A model generated the notes under the pieces. That model did not search any database, was not told the origin of the DNA, and worked only from the letters and a program-made list of their open reading frames with translations. The translations under genes and the position numbers were made by a program. A stretch of DNA of 30,223 bases from a virus. Its lineage: Duplodnaviria; Caudoviricetes. Numbering within the stretch: the stretch's first letter is position 1; the number at the start of each line of letters is the position of its first letter. The stretch covers positions 1 through 30,223 of the IMG/VR virus record IMGVR_UViG_3300020045_010202, one strand, 5' to 3'. Of the stretch, positions 17,731 through 24,846 are shown piece after piece.

Positions 17731-18230
17731 AATCCGAGTTGTAAAAGAAATTCAAACAGTTCACGGTGGGCTTTTTGCTGGGGGAACCATTGGCCACAGT
17801 CGCATTCTCCGTCTCCCTCTCTTTCAATCCCACAATTCTTTGAGCTGCGAAACACCTGAACCCACTCACACTCCGCGAATATCTCTTGGAGGGATTTTTC
17901 CAGTCCAACCTTCCCCCATGCATCAACCAGCGGCAAAACCTGATCGTTGTAGGTTCCTTTCCAGTTCTTCCACATGTATGCCAGCACATCCCCAATGAGG
18001 ATTGGATGGCCGAGGAGAATAAGTTTCCCCTGTTTTATCCTTTCAGTCATCTCGTCATCCGTCCAGTTATTTTCTTTGTCACTATCGATCAAGCCATATT
18101 GATCTACTCGAATGATTTCATCTTCGTACCATTCGCCGCTGCCATCTGCGTTTTGCCAACGGAACTTCAATCCTTTTGTGAAGAGGTTATCCGCTAGGCG
18201 GTCAATGAGTTGTTCGATTTCAAGCTTCAT
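17727..18230 (-). CDS. Hypothetical phage protein
   Basis: 167 aa; coupled to its neighbours. Confidence 0.7.
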   Translation of the reverse strand: MKLEIEQLIDRLADNLFTKGLKFRWQNADGSGEWYEDEIIRVDQYGLIDSDKENNWTDDEMTERIKQGKLILLGHPILIGDVLAYMWKNWKGTYNDQVLPLVDAWGKVGLEKSLQEIFAECEWVQVFRSSKNCGIEREGDGECDCGQWFPQQKAHRELFEFLLQLGL

Positions 18231-18397
18231 AAAGAATTAGGGTTATTGAGAGTCAGGTTTGGACGCCGTGCGGAACAATCGTTGCACACAGTGTCAGGCA
18301 GTCTGTGGCCAAATAACGGGCCGACGTGCGCCCTTTTCCTTACTTCTTCCAAAGAAGTCCCTAGGGGCTTTTCGCATTCATCGCAGTGCATCATCAT
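18227..18397 (-). CDS. Small zinc-finger protein (56 aa, not in track)
   Basis: CDEC...CNDC; ATGA overlap with 18230. Confidence 0.6.
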   Translation of the reverse strand: MMMHCDECEKPLGTSLEEVRKRAHVGPLFGHRLPDTVCNDCSARRPNLTLNNPNSL

Positions 18398-18436
18398 AAA
18401 TTATTTTGGTAAAAGTTCTTTGAGTGCTTGGATGGC

Positions 18437-18523
18437 TTAACCGTGTCCTTCGATTCTACATTCCTGGGGGCAGTCGCACCCGCAATGACATGACTCTTCT
18501 AGCTGTGATTGGTCTTTAGTCAT
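18437..18523 (-). CDS. Cys/His-rich peptide (28 aa, not in track)
   Basis: MTKDQSQLEESCHCGCDCPQECRIEGHG; preceded by a TAACCC motif. Confidence 0.35.
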   Translation of the reverse strand: MTKDQSQLEESCHCGCDCPQECRIEGHG

Positions 18524-18534
18524 TTTGGGGGGGG

Positions 18535-18711
18535 TTAAGTTGAAGGGCCTTCGCCACACTGATCCAGGCCGTCATCGTACCCTTTGTCGTAAGCCTCCTT
18601 CACGGCAGCGTCTAGCTTTTGAGAGAACCAGTCGAAGATCTCACTAGATACACCTTTGAAGTAATAATCTGGTGGGAACTTTTCTTCAAACTCTGCCTGT
18701 AGATTATTCAT
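18535..18711 (-). CDS. Hypothetical protein (58 aa, not in track)
   Basis: MNNLQAEFEEKF...EAYDKGYDDG; ATGA overlap with the upstream gene. Confidence 0.65.
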   Translation of the reverse strand: MNNLQAEFEEKFPPDYYFKGVSSEIFDWFSQKLDAAVKEAYDKGYDDGLDQCGEGPST

Positions 18712-18917
18712 GGTTCTAGGGGTAAGGGGTCGCCTCCGTACATCGGAAGATCGGGAAACAAATCGGCTTTAATCTCCATTGCTGTTGCAAATGCAGAGGG
18801 ATAGCCTCGACAGAAATACTCCTTATTAAGCAGGGAATTTAGGTTTTCGTCCCAAACGCCTACACGATAGTCTCCAAACGGCATTTGTTCTATGAGAATG
18901 TGTGGGGGTTTATTCAT
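18708..18917 (-). CDS. Hypothetical protein
   Basis: 69 aa; ATGA-coupled. Confidence 0.6.
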   Translation of the reverse strand: MNKPPHILIEQMPFGDYRVGVWDENLNSLLNKEYFCRGYPSAFATAMEIKADLFPDLPMYGGDPLPLEP

Positions 18918-19162
18918 GGTTTATTGGTTATTGAAGCTGAGTCCTTTGTGAGGGCTGCTGCGAGGAGTTCTACACAAGACAGGAGATACTTCACATCTTG
19001 TTCCAGTGAATCCACACGACCAATCAAAATATACTGATTGAATGATGATTTACCGGCAAAGTTATCGTTGAAGTTTTGCGTTGAGTCGATGCGCCATTGT
19101 TTAACCTTTTCATAGATTTCTTTAGGCGATACTTCTTCCGCAATTTCCTTTAGTGTTTTCAA
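18914..19162 (-). CDS. Hypothetical protein
   Basis: 82 aa; ATGA-coupled. Confidence 0.6.
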   Translation of the reverse strand: MKTLKEIAEEVSPKEIYEKVKQWRIDSTQNFNDNFAGKSSFNQYILIGRVDSLEQDVKYLLSCVELLAAALTKDSASITNKP

Positions 19163-19314
19163 TTTGTGAGAGGGGTTAAAAGAGCAGCTATGATTGCAAT
19201 ATCGGTAACTATACTAAGAATATAAGAGAGAAGCAGTAAGCTAAGAATGTTATCACCGCCCTTCAATCCATAAACAACGTACCGAGAGATCAGAATTACG
19301 AGTGCAGATATCAT
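19159..19314 (-). CDS. Small hydrophobic membrane protein
   Basis: MISALVILIS...; two hydrophobic segments. Confidence 0.5.
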   Translation of the reverse strand: MISALVILISRYVVYGLKGGDNILSLLLLSYILSIVTDIAIIAALLTPLTN

Positions 19315-19321
19315 AGTAGAA

Positions 19322-19477
19322 TTATTTAATTGGTTTAAGCGAATCTGCAACGGCTCCGAGCCACGTTAGTAGTGGTGCTGCAAGCTTTACAGGTAGATCT
19401 ACTTTCCAATTAAGTTTAGCCTTTGCCCCTTTCTTGGACTTGATGCTGATTCTGTAGGTTTCGTTCGGGTTTGACAT
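19322..19477 (-). CDS. Hypothetical basic protein
   Basis: Start MSNPNETY, preceded by TAAACCC. Confidence 0.55.
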   Translation of the reverse strand: MSNPNETYRISIKSKKGAKAKLNWKVDLPVKLAAPLLTWLGAVADSLKPIK

Positions 19478-19488
19478 AATAATTGGGT

Positions 19489-19677
19489 TTAATCCTTGGG
19501 TAAAGGTAATACGGTAACATGTTCGTTTGTGCAAACCACAATTTCAGTGCCTAGCTTGTCGATCTTAATTCGCTCTTCCCATCGTATGAGTCCAAACAGG
19601 GCGGTCTTTTCTATCAGTGTTTCCTCGTAGTACGTCCTTTTGAAGACTAGAGCCTTCGGAGTTTGTTTATTGCTCAT
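19489..19677 (-). CDS. Hypothetical protein
   Basis: 62 aa; TAAACC-ATG start context. Confidence 0.6.
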   Translation of the reverse strand: MSNKQTPKALVFKRTYYEETLIEKTALFGLIRWEERIKIDKLGTEIVVCTNEHVTVLPLPKD

Positions 19678-19691
19678 GGTTTAGATATAGA

Positions 19692-19832
19692 TTATATGAA
19701 TTTAATACTGGAACCAGGTACAAGGTCGTTTGCCTGTCTGTTTATAGCGTCTTCAATCCACTCTCCTTCTTTGAGGTCAACGACTACTTTTACGAGGATG
19801 GGTTTATTCTCAAGGTCTTCTGTTACCGTCAT
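19692..19832 (-). CDS. Hypothetical protein (46 aa, not in track)
   Basis: MTVTEDLENKPILVKVVVDLKEGEWIEDAI... Confidence 0.55.
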   Translation of the reverse strand: MTVTEDLENKPILVKVVVDLKEGEWIEDAINRQANDLVPGSSIKFI

Positions 19833-19918
19833 GTTGAGCTAGAGATTATGGGATAAGGTGACAAAGCGCAGAGTCTAAAGATGATGGGTTCAGAGGACAG
19901 AAGTACCAGGTAATTCAT
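19829..19918 (-). CDS. Small peptide (29 aa) directly downstream of the structured RNA
   Basis: MNYLVLLSSEPIIFRLCALSPYPIISSST; ATGA-coupled to 19832. Confidence 0.35.
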   Translation of the reverse strand: MNYLVLLSSEPIIFRLCALSPYPIISSST

Positions 19919-19949
19919 TTCGTAATTTTACTTTGGATGTGAACGGTTC

Positions 19950-20280
19950 TTTCCGGACGTAGATAGTGGGGCCCCCTCGCAGAAACCCCACCACCCGCGC
20001 CCGGAGACTTCCACCTAAACTAGAGTGCTAAATTCAAGTAAGATTGGAAGTCATGAACGCTTTACGACCCAAGCGGCTGGGCTGAATCGTTGGGTCGAAA
20101 CTTGCGCTTCTTCCTCGTCATTCAGCCAACCCGTTTAGAGACTACTGAGGGTGAGGTTGGGTACTCACATCTACAGACATGGTTAGTGCTGCACCTTGAT
20201 TAGAATGACCTCAGTAGTTCTTCTGGCTGCCGCGTACAATCACGGCTATTTGAATGGTAGGAAGTGCTCACCGTACCAGT
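19950..20280 (-). ncRNA. Putative multi-domain structured non-coding RNA
   Basis: Five adjacent helical domains in a 366-nt gap with no long ORF; 24-bp hairpin with 8 G-U pairs and GCGA tetraloop, valid only on the minus strand; 8-, 8-, 8- and 10-bp perfect stems, two of which cross. Confidence 0.7.
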
Positions 20281-20284
20281 GATT

Positions 20285-20551
20285 TTAAAGAGCATTGTAA
20301 ACAAGTATCTGTATCCAGAGTGCTATCCATAACCCTGCGGCTATCCCACAAAGAACCACAAAAATCTTTTCTCTTTTAAAGTTTTTCCTAGCGATCATTA
20401 AAATCTCTTGTTCAAAGTTTATACGTGCCAAAAGAAGTCTTCCTTCCTCTCTCAAGGCAAGCATGTGTACCTTCTCTGCAAGCTCCTTCTTCGCTTCCAA
20501 GGCTTCTTTGATAGAAGGTTTATTAAATTGTTTTCTAGATTTTTCCTTCAT
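20285..20551 (-). CDS. Membrane protein (C-terminal TM)
   Basis: 88 aa; basic helical N-terminus and hydrophobic C-terminus. Confidence 0.65.
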   Translation of the reverse strand: MKEKSRKQFNKPSIKEALEAKKELAEKVHMLALREEGRLLLARINFEQEILMIARKNFKREKIFVVLCGIAAGLWIALWIQILVYNAL

Positions 20552-20715
20552 GGGATAATTTTAATTGATGAGAATAAAAATAATACATACGTCTACTCTT
20601 TTCCACTTTACAAAGTTCTTCCCCCCTTTTCATTTCGTTCACAATTGATCACCCAATATTCAAATCCCTTGTCATCTTCAACCCTATCTCCTTTTTTAAA
20701 TTTGAATGAGTTCAT
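20535..20715 (-). pseudogene. Small ORF apparently frameshifted at a G6 tract
   Basis: MNSFKFKKGDRVEDDKG...EKG ends after 35 aa; removing one G continues as EELCKVEKSRRMYYFYSHQLKL to a stop overlapping the next gene. Confidence 0.4.
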
Positions 20716-20879
20716 AAATTATATTGGATTACTTTGTCGGCGAGTACCTTTTGTACCCATTTAGCGCGAGAGAGTTTGATCCCAAGAGTGAGGCTATCTG
20801 TGGCCACACATTTATCCATACGGCTTATCAATGTTTCGGGGAGGTCAACGGTTAAGGTCTTGCAGTTTTTTGCAGTCAT
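20712..20879 (-). CDS. Ribbon-helix-helix (CopG/Arc-like) DNA-binding protein (55 aa, not in track)
   Basis: KTLTVDLPETLISRMD (beta strand plus helix A) and SRAKWVQKVL (helix B); first gene after a promoter. Confidence 0.7.
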   Translation of the reverse strand: MTAKNCKTLTVDLPETLISRMDKCVATDSLTLGIKLSRAKWVQKVLADKVIQYNL

Positions 20880-20901
20880 GTGAATTTAAGTAAGTAAATA
20901 G

Positions 20902-20960
20902 ACTATAAATAACTTCAATTGAAAATACAAGCAAAGAGCATTGACAGTCAATGGAAGTTA
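20902..20960 (-). promoter_or_regulatory. Sigma70 promoter with inverted-repeat operator
   Basis: TTGTAT(20930-20925)-N17-TATAGT(20907-20902); 12/13 inverted repeat at 20910-20922 and 20948-20960; palindrome CATTGAC-A-GTCAATG at 20939-20953. Confidence 0.6.
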
Positions 20961-20971
20961 CTATGAAATAA

Positions 20972-21637
20972 CTATTTCTTATCTGAAGATTTCTTTTTAA
21001 ATTTATCCTTTAAAGTATTGAGTACAATAATTTCACCCTCACTATTGTGGGATCTGTCTTGTTCCTCATCGTCTTCTTTCTTTAATGGCGCTTCTTTACT
21101 TTTCTTATTCAATCCTCGAAGTTCAAGAAGAGTGACAAGGTACTTGTGCTGTATATTAAAATCAGGAAGAGTGGATTCAATAAACTCCCCACCCTTGGCA
21201 TCGAAGCCAACCCGGGTGGCCTCCAGTCCTTCCTTTAATTTCCTCCCAAGGTAGGCGTCTGTAATACCCACCGTATCAAGAGCTTCCTCCATAGCGCTGC
21301 CAAGAGCCCGGTCGTGACGTAAAGCCACTGCCACGGAAGGCACCTCTGCTGCGTCATTTAAACTGTAAGCATCCATGATAGCATCTTTGAAGGTAAAGCC
21401 CTTTAGAACGAAGTTCCTGATGAAATTCTTTTTTTGCTCGTTTAGTTTATTGAAGTATGAAGAGGGGTCTGCCTCAATGTCAAGAAAGCTTTTAATCCGG
21501 GTGGTACTTTTTTGAAGAGTGTTTTTCTTCTCAGTAAGTTCCTTAGAAACTTCCTTATGATAAGTCCTTGAACTCTGACTTGGAATCTTCTTGAAGGGTA
21601 GCCTGGAGCCGCGCTTGTATGTCCCGAGGATCACCAT
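20972..21637 (-). CDS. Probable terminase small subunit
   Basis: Helical N-terminal region (KKNFIRNF..G....DA...AY) and GITD.YL..KL.EGL.A...PD...QHKYL.T.LEL.G pattern; start uncertain. Confidence 0.5.
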   Translation of the reverse strand: MVILGTYKRGSRLPFKKIPSQSSRTYHKEVSKELTEKKNTLQKSTTRIKSFLDIEADPSSYFNKLNEQKKNFIRNFVLKGFTFKDAIMDAYSLNDAAEVPSVAVALRHDRALGSAMEEALDTVGITDAYLGRKLKEGLEATRVGFDAKGGEFIESTLPDFNIQHKYLVTLLELRGLNKKSKEAPLKKEDDEEQDRSHNSEGEIIVLNTLKDKFKKKSSDKK

Positions 21638-21923
21638 AGTAGGTAAAGAAATCTGGATTAGCCGTGCCGTCCGGGAGCCAGGGTTGCAGGAAGTCTATCT
21701 TGTGGTTCTTTCTATAGAGGTCTTCATCAAGCTTCTGATTCATTTGCCCCGTGATACCCGGCACGTAGATCTTTTGGTAATAAGCCTTCTTGCCACACAC
21801 GATGCACTGCTCTACCAAAATGGAAGCACTATCGGCAGTCACCTCGAATACTCCATGGAACCCTTTCTCACAATCCTTCTTGGTTACCTTAATCTTATAA
21901 TCATCGAGAGCAAGACGTGCCAT
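21555..21923 (-). CDS. Hypothetical zinc-binding phage protein
   Basis: C....H and CIVC ligands; H..DFLQP motif. Confidence 0.7.
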   Translation of the reverse strand: MARLALDDYKIKVTKKDCEKGFHGVFEVTADSASILVEQCIVCGKKAYYQKIYVPGITGQMNQKLDEDLYRKNHKIDFLQPWLPDGTANPDFFTYYGDPRDIQARLQATLQEDSKSEFKDLS

Positions 21924-22510
21924 TAGAGGATTTTGTTGAGGGCGAAGAGCACCTGCGTTTCACGCTGGAGCCATTTGAAGTCTTTTACCATTGAAAGGAA
22001 GACAGCTTTAAGTTCCTCAGGAAGTACGAACGCGTGAACACAATCTCTCCAAGCTTTAGTAAGGGTCATATCTGCCTGAAGGATAGCCTCGGCGGCAGCG
22101 TCAAGAGCTTGGTCTTTCTCGTTAAGCATCTTTGTAAGGAAGGCTTTCTGCTCTTCATTTGTAGCTGCTTCTGCTTGAGCTTGAAGTGCCCGGACTTCAT
22201 TAAGTTCTTTAGAAAACTTCTCGAACAAGAGTTTGTTCTTTTGCTCTTGCCTTCCCGTAGTGTAATCCTTAAGAAGTGCGATAAAGGGGGTGATACACGC
22301 GTAGAGCTTCAACCCGTCCAGATCAAAGGCCCTAGTCCTATGTACCCTTTTCCCATCAGGAGCTTCAAAATATTCAAGTAAAATTATTCCAATTAATTCA
22401 TCGAGCTCGGCTAAAGAAAACTTCTTAGGATCTTCAATAATTATAAGTGGAGTGGCGGGCGCTGCGCTATCTACTTCTTCTTGAGGGATTGGCTTTGACG
22501 GTGCTGACAT
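21923..22510 (-). CDS. Hypothetical helical protein
   Basis: 195 aa; first gene of the divergent minus-strand operon. Confidence 0.7.
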   Translation of the reverse strand: MSAPSKPIPQEEVDSAAPATPLIIIEDPKKFSLAELDELIGIILLEYFEAPDGKRVHRTRAFDLDGLKLYACITPFIALLKDYTTGRQEQKNKLLFEKFSKELNEVRALQAQAEAATNEEQKAFLTKMLNEKDQALDAAAEAILQADMTLTKAWRDCVHAFVLPEELKAVFLSMVKDFKWLQRETQVLFALNKIL

Positions 22511-22534
22511 AAGAGGTTGGTTAAAAGTAAGTTA

Positions 22535-22611
22535 ATACTACACCAGAATTTCTTGTCGTCAAACAGTTTTCATTAGACTTAATTGACATTGATTAGACTT
22601 AATTGTATTTT
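22535..22611. promoter_or_regulatory. Divergent promoter pair with 14-bp direct repeats
   Basis: Plus: TTGACA(22583)-N17-TATTTT(22606). Minus: TTGACG(22562)-N16-TAGTAT(22540). ATTAGACTTAATTG at 22572 and 22592. Confidence 0.65.
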
Positions 22612-22638
22612 TACAGCACTAATCTTTAATCATTCTTT

Positions 22639-23463
22639 ATGACTGATATTGTACCAAAGGAAGCAAAGACTTCCACTGCACTGGTAGACGCTAAGGCTGA
22701 GTTCATGGCAGGTTATAGTGGGCCTGAGAAGATATGGCCCCGTGAATTTAGGGTCACGCTTGATAATAGTGTCGTCACCGCTGATAGAAAGACCAACCCC
22801 GGCTTCGGCAAACTATTCATGGAGGGCCACAAGAACCTGCCCGACGGTTCTTTTGAGAACTTCAAGGAAGAGATCGATCTAAAGAAGACTGAGTTCTTTG
22901 TGCTGAAGAAACGCGTACAAATCAATGGGAAGTGGAATGAGGAGTTGAAGGCTTACGATCATAGTGCTGAAGAAGTGGACTTTGGGTGGCCCATTGAACT
23001 TAAAGATAGTGAGGATAATATTGTTTACGAGGGTAGCTACAATCAGGACGTAAAGAAACAATACAACTTATCCTGGAAGCAGGTGCTTTATGTCATGCCT
23101 GTAATGGATGGGAAGCTTCAGAAGCAAGTCTATAGGTGGTTGATCTCCGGCGCCTCTACGGACACGTGGTTCAAAGTGAGCACCTTAATCGACAAGGCAT
23201 CTAAAGAAGGCACGATTCTTTTGCTTAAAGTAACCGGGACTATTGCAAAGAAGAAAGGGCAGACGGATTACAATGAGATCTTATTCGCTACCGGGAAGGT
23301 TCTTCCGTTTGATGAGAATGTGAAGGTGTGGAGTGAGTTTAATCACGGCTTTGCTTCCTATCTAGAAGGGCAGAAGAAAGGAAAGGCTGCGGAAGAGAGC
23401 ACTGTGGTTGAGAGTGAGGTGGTGGACGAAGATTTTGAAACCTTCATTAACAAACCTCAGTGA
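22639..23463 (+). CDS. Putative ssDNA-binding/annealing protein
   Basis: 274 aa, aromatic and beta-rich, with acidic C-terminal tail (EEST..ESEVVDEDF); first gene of the recombination operon. Confidence 0.45.
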   Translation: MTDIVPKEAKTSTALVDAKAEFMAGYSGPEKIWPREFRVTLDNSVVTADRKTNPGFGKLFMEGHKNLPDGSFENFKEEIDLKKTEFFVLKKRVQINGKWNEELKAYDHSAEEVDFGWPIELKDSEDNIVYEGSYNQDVKKQYNLSWKQVLYVMPVMDGKLQKQVYRWLISGASTDTWFKVSTLIDKASKEGTILLLKVTGTIAKKKGQTDYNEILFATGKVLPFDENVKVWSEFNHGFASYLEGQKKGKAAEESTVVESEVVDEDFETFINKPQ

Positions 23464-24254
23464 TGAAACCTAAGTACAAAACACTTGCGGAGTATGCTGA
23501 GAAAAGGCTAAAGGCAGTCGTCGAAGGAAATGGCTATTATAGTGACCGCCCTCGTTTTTGGTACAAGTGTCCGGAATGTCACAACTATAAAATTTGGAAT
23601 GATTGCAAATTCTGCCCCATGTGTGGGATTGAACTTGTATGGGGAGGAGAAGATCCGGCTGGCCAAAAATATAATCGTTGCAGTGGTAGTCCGGTCCAGG
23701 ATGAGAAGCGTGATCGTGATGAAAGGGCGAAGAAGGGAGAAGCGCCACCAGGTGTGAAATATATTTCAGCAACCTGCGCAGCTTGTGAAAAACCCATAAG
23801 CTTTATTACAAGCAAACCATACAGGGGCGAGTGGTACTGTCTTAAATGTTCAAATGGAAACCCTCAGCCAAAGAAAGAAGAACCTTCGACGTGCGGAAAT
23901 TTTGAGCATTCTGAATATACCTCCTGGTGTTTAGCGTGCGGCAAAAAAAGGAAATACGAAGAAGCTGCGATCAACGACTGGCAGCACCCCTCTAGAATCG
24001 GCACAGGGACTATCTACAAAAAACCTCAGCCCAAAGAGAAGCCAAGCAGGACGATTAAATTAGCCGCTATAGCTCTTCAGAAGGAAAAATATGAGGGCGT
24101 GCAAAAATATGATATCGAGCAAGATGACAATTGTATGCAAGCGGCCATTCTTGCCTTCCTAGATACTGAGCTGCCAAAGTATTTGAACCCAATGATCACA
24201 CTCAATGTTCCACCAGAAGAGGTGGAGAAATTCCTAAAAACCAATAACCCGTGA
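23460..24254 (+). CDS. Multi zinc-ribbon protein
   Basis: CPEC..CKFCPMCG, CAAC..CLKC and C..H..CLAC motifs. Confidence 0.7.
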   Translation: MMKPKYKTLAEYAEKRLKAVVEGNGYYSDRPRFWYKCPECHNYKIWNDCKFCPMCGIELVWGGEDPAGQKYNRCSGSPVQDEKRDRDERAKKGEAPPGVKYISATCAACEKPISFITSKPYRGEWYCLKCSNGNPQPKKEEPSTCGNFEHSEYTSWCLACGKKRKYEEAAINDWQHPSRIGTGTIYKKPQPKEKPSRTIKLAAIALQKEKYEGVQKYDIEQDDNCMQAAILAFLDTELPKYLNPMITLNVPPEEVEKFLKTNNP

Positions 24255-24400
24255 AGAAATTCAATCGCTCCCTTGGCACTACCAAAGCAGAACAGGGGAT
24301 CTTCACCCCTAAGGACTTCCAAAAGAAACTTTCGAAGATCCGGAAGGTGAAAACTCAAGCCTTTAAAACTTATAATGATTTAACAGGGAAGAATCCATGA
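24251..24400 (+). CDS. Small basic protein (49 aa, not in track)
   Basis: GTG start overlaps the previous stop; its stop overlaps ATG 24397. Confidence 0.55.
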   Translation: MKKFNRSLGTTKAEQGIFTPKDFQKKLSKIRKVKTQAFKTYNDLTGKNP

Positions 24401-24846
24401 AAACCAGTATAAAATGTCGAAGGCGGTTCAGAGATTTGGACACTGGAGAAATTGTGGTTTCCTTTCTTGCCGCCTTGCCAGCCGTTGAACAGCGAGGCGG
24501 TATGGATACTTTCTACTTCCCTGACTCTGCTGAAACTAAGAACTTCTTACGTCTTTCTCTTGATACTTTTGCAGGGCGGCTGGATAAACACGGAAGAGAG
24601 ATTTACACTAATGATTTTGTAAAAACTGAAGGCGGATTTATCTCTCCTGTTGTACGACATGAAGACGGAAAGTATGGAACTACTAACAGATATTTCGTCA
24701 ATGGCCTTGATTATGAGGTGGTTGGAGATATTTATTCAAAGACAGTTAATAGATGTTTTTGGTGTGAGCAAAGGTGGTGCGTTGAAGAGAATGTTTGTGC
24801 TGACTGCAGTGAGAGTGAATCTTATAAAACCCATAAACAACCATGA
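24397..24846 (+). CDS. YopX-family protein
   Basis: G.LDKHGREIY..D.V and EVVGDIY motifs; C-terminal CxxC...CxxC. Confidence 0.75.
   Translation: MKTSIKCRRRFRDLDTGEIVVSFLAALPAVEQRGGMDTFYFPDSAETKNFLRLSLDTFAGRLDKHGREIYTNDFVKTEGGFISPVVRHEDGKYGTTNRYFVNGLDYEVVGDIYSKTVNRCFWCEQRWCVEENVCADCSESESYKTHKQP

Noticed and set aside
18403-18439. In-frame continuation AIQALKELLPK after the TAA of the Cys-rich peptide (readthrough)
   Set aside because: Only 11 codons and no readthrough signal; more likely a remnant of gene shuffling
20098-20127. Hammerhead ribozyme (CUGAAUGA resembles CUGANGA)
   Set aside because: There is an extra nucleotide, no correctly placed GAAA on that strand, and the segment is sequestered in an 8-bp stem
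20141-20218. Canonical tRNA gene
   Set aside because: No TTCRA T-loop, no canonical D-arm, pyrimidine at position 37, 10-bp closing stem and no CCA; kept only as tRNA-like
22614-22622. CAGCACTAA at a predicted TSS matches ncRNA domain 2
   Set aside because: A single same-sense 9-mer match is plausible by chance in 30 kb
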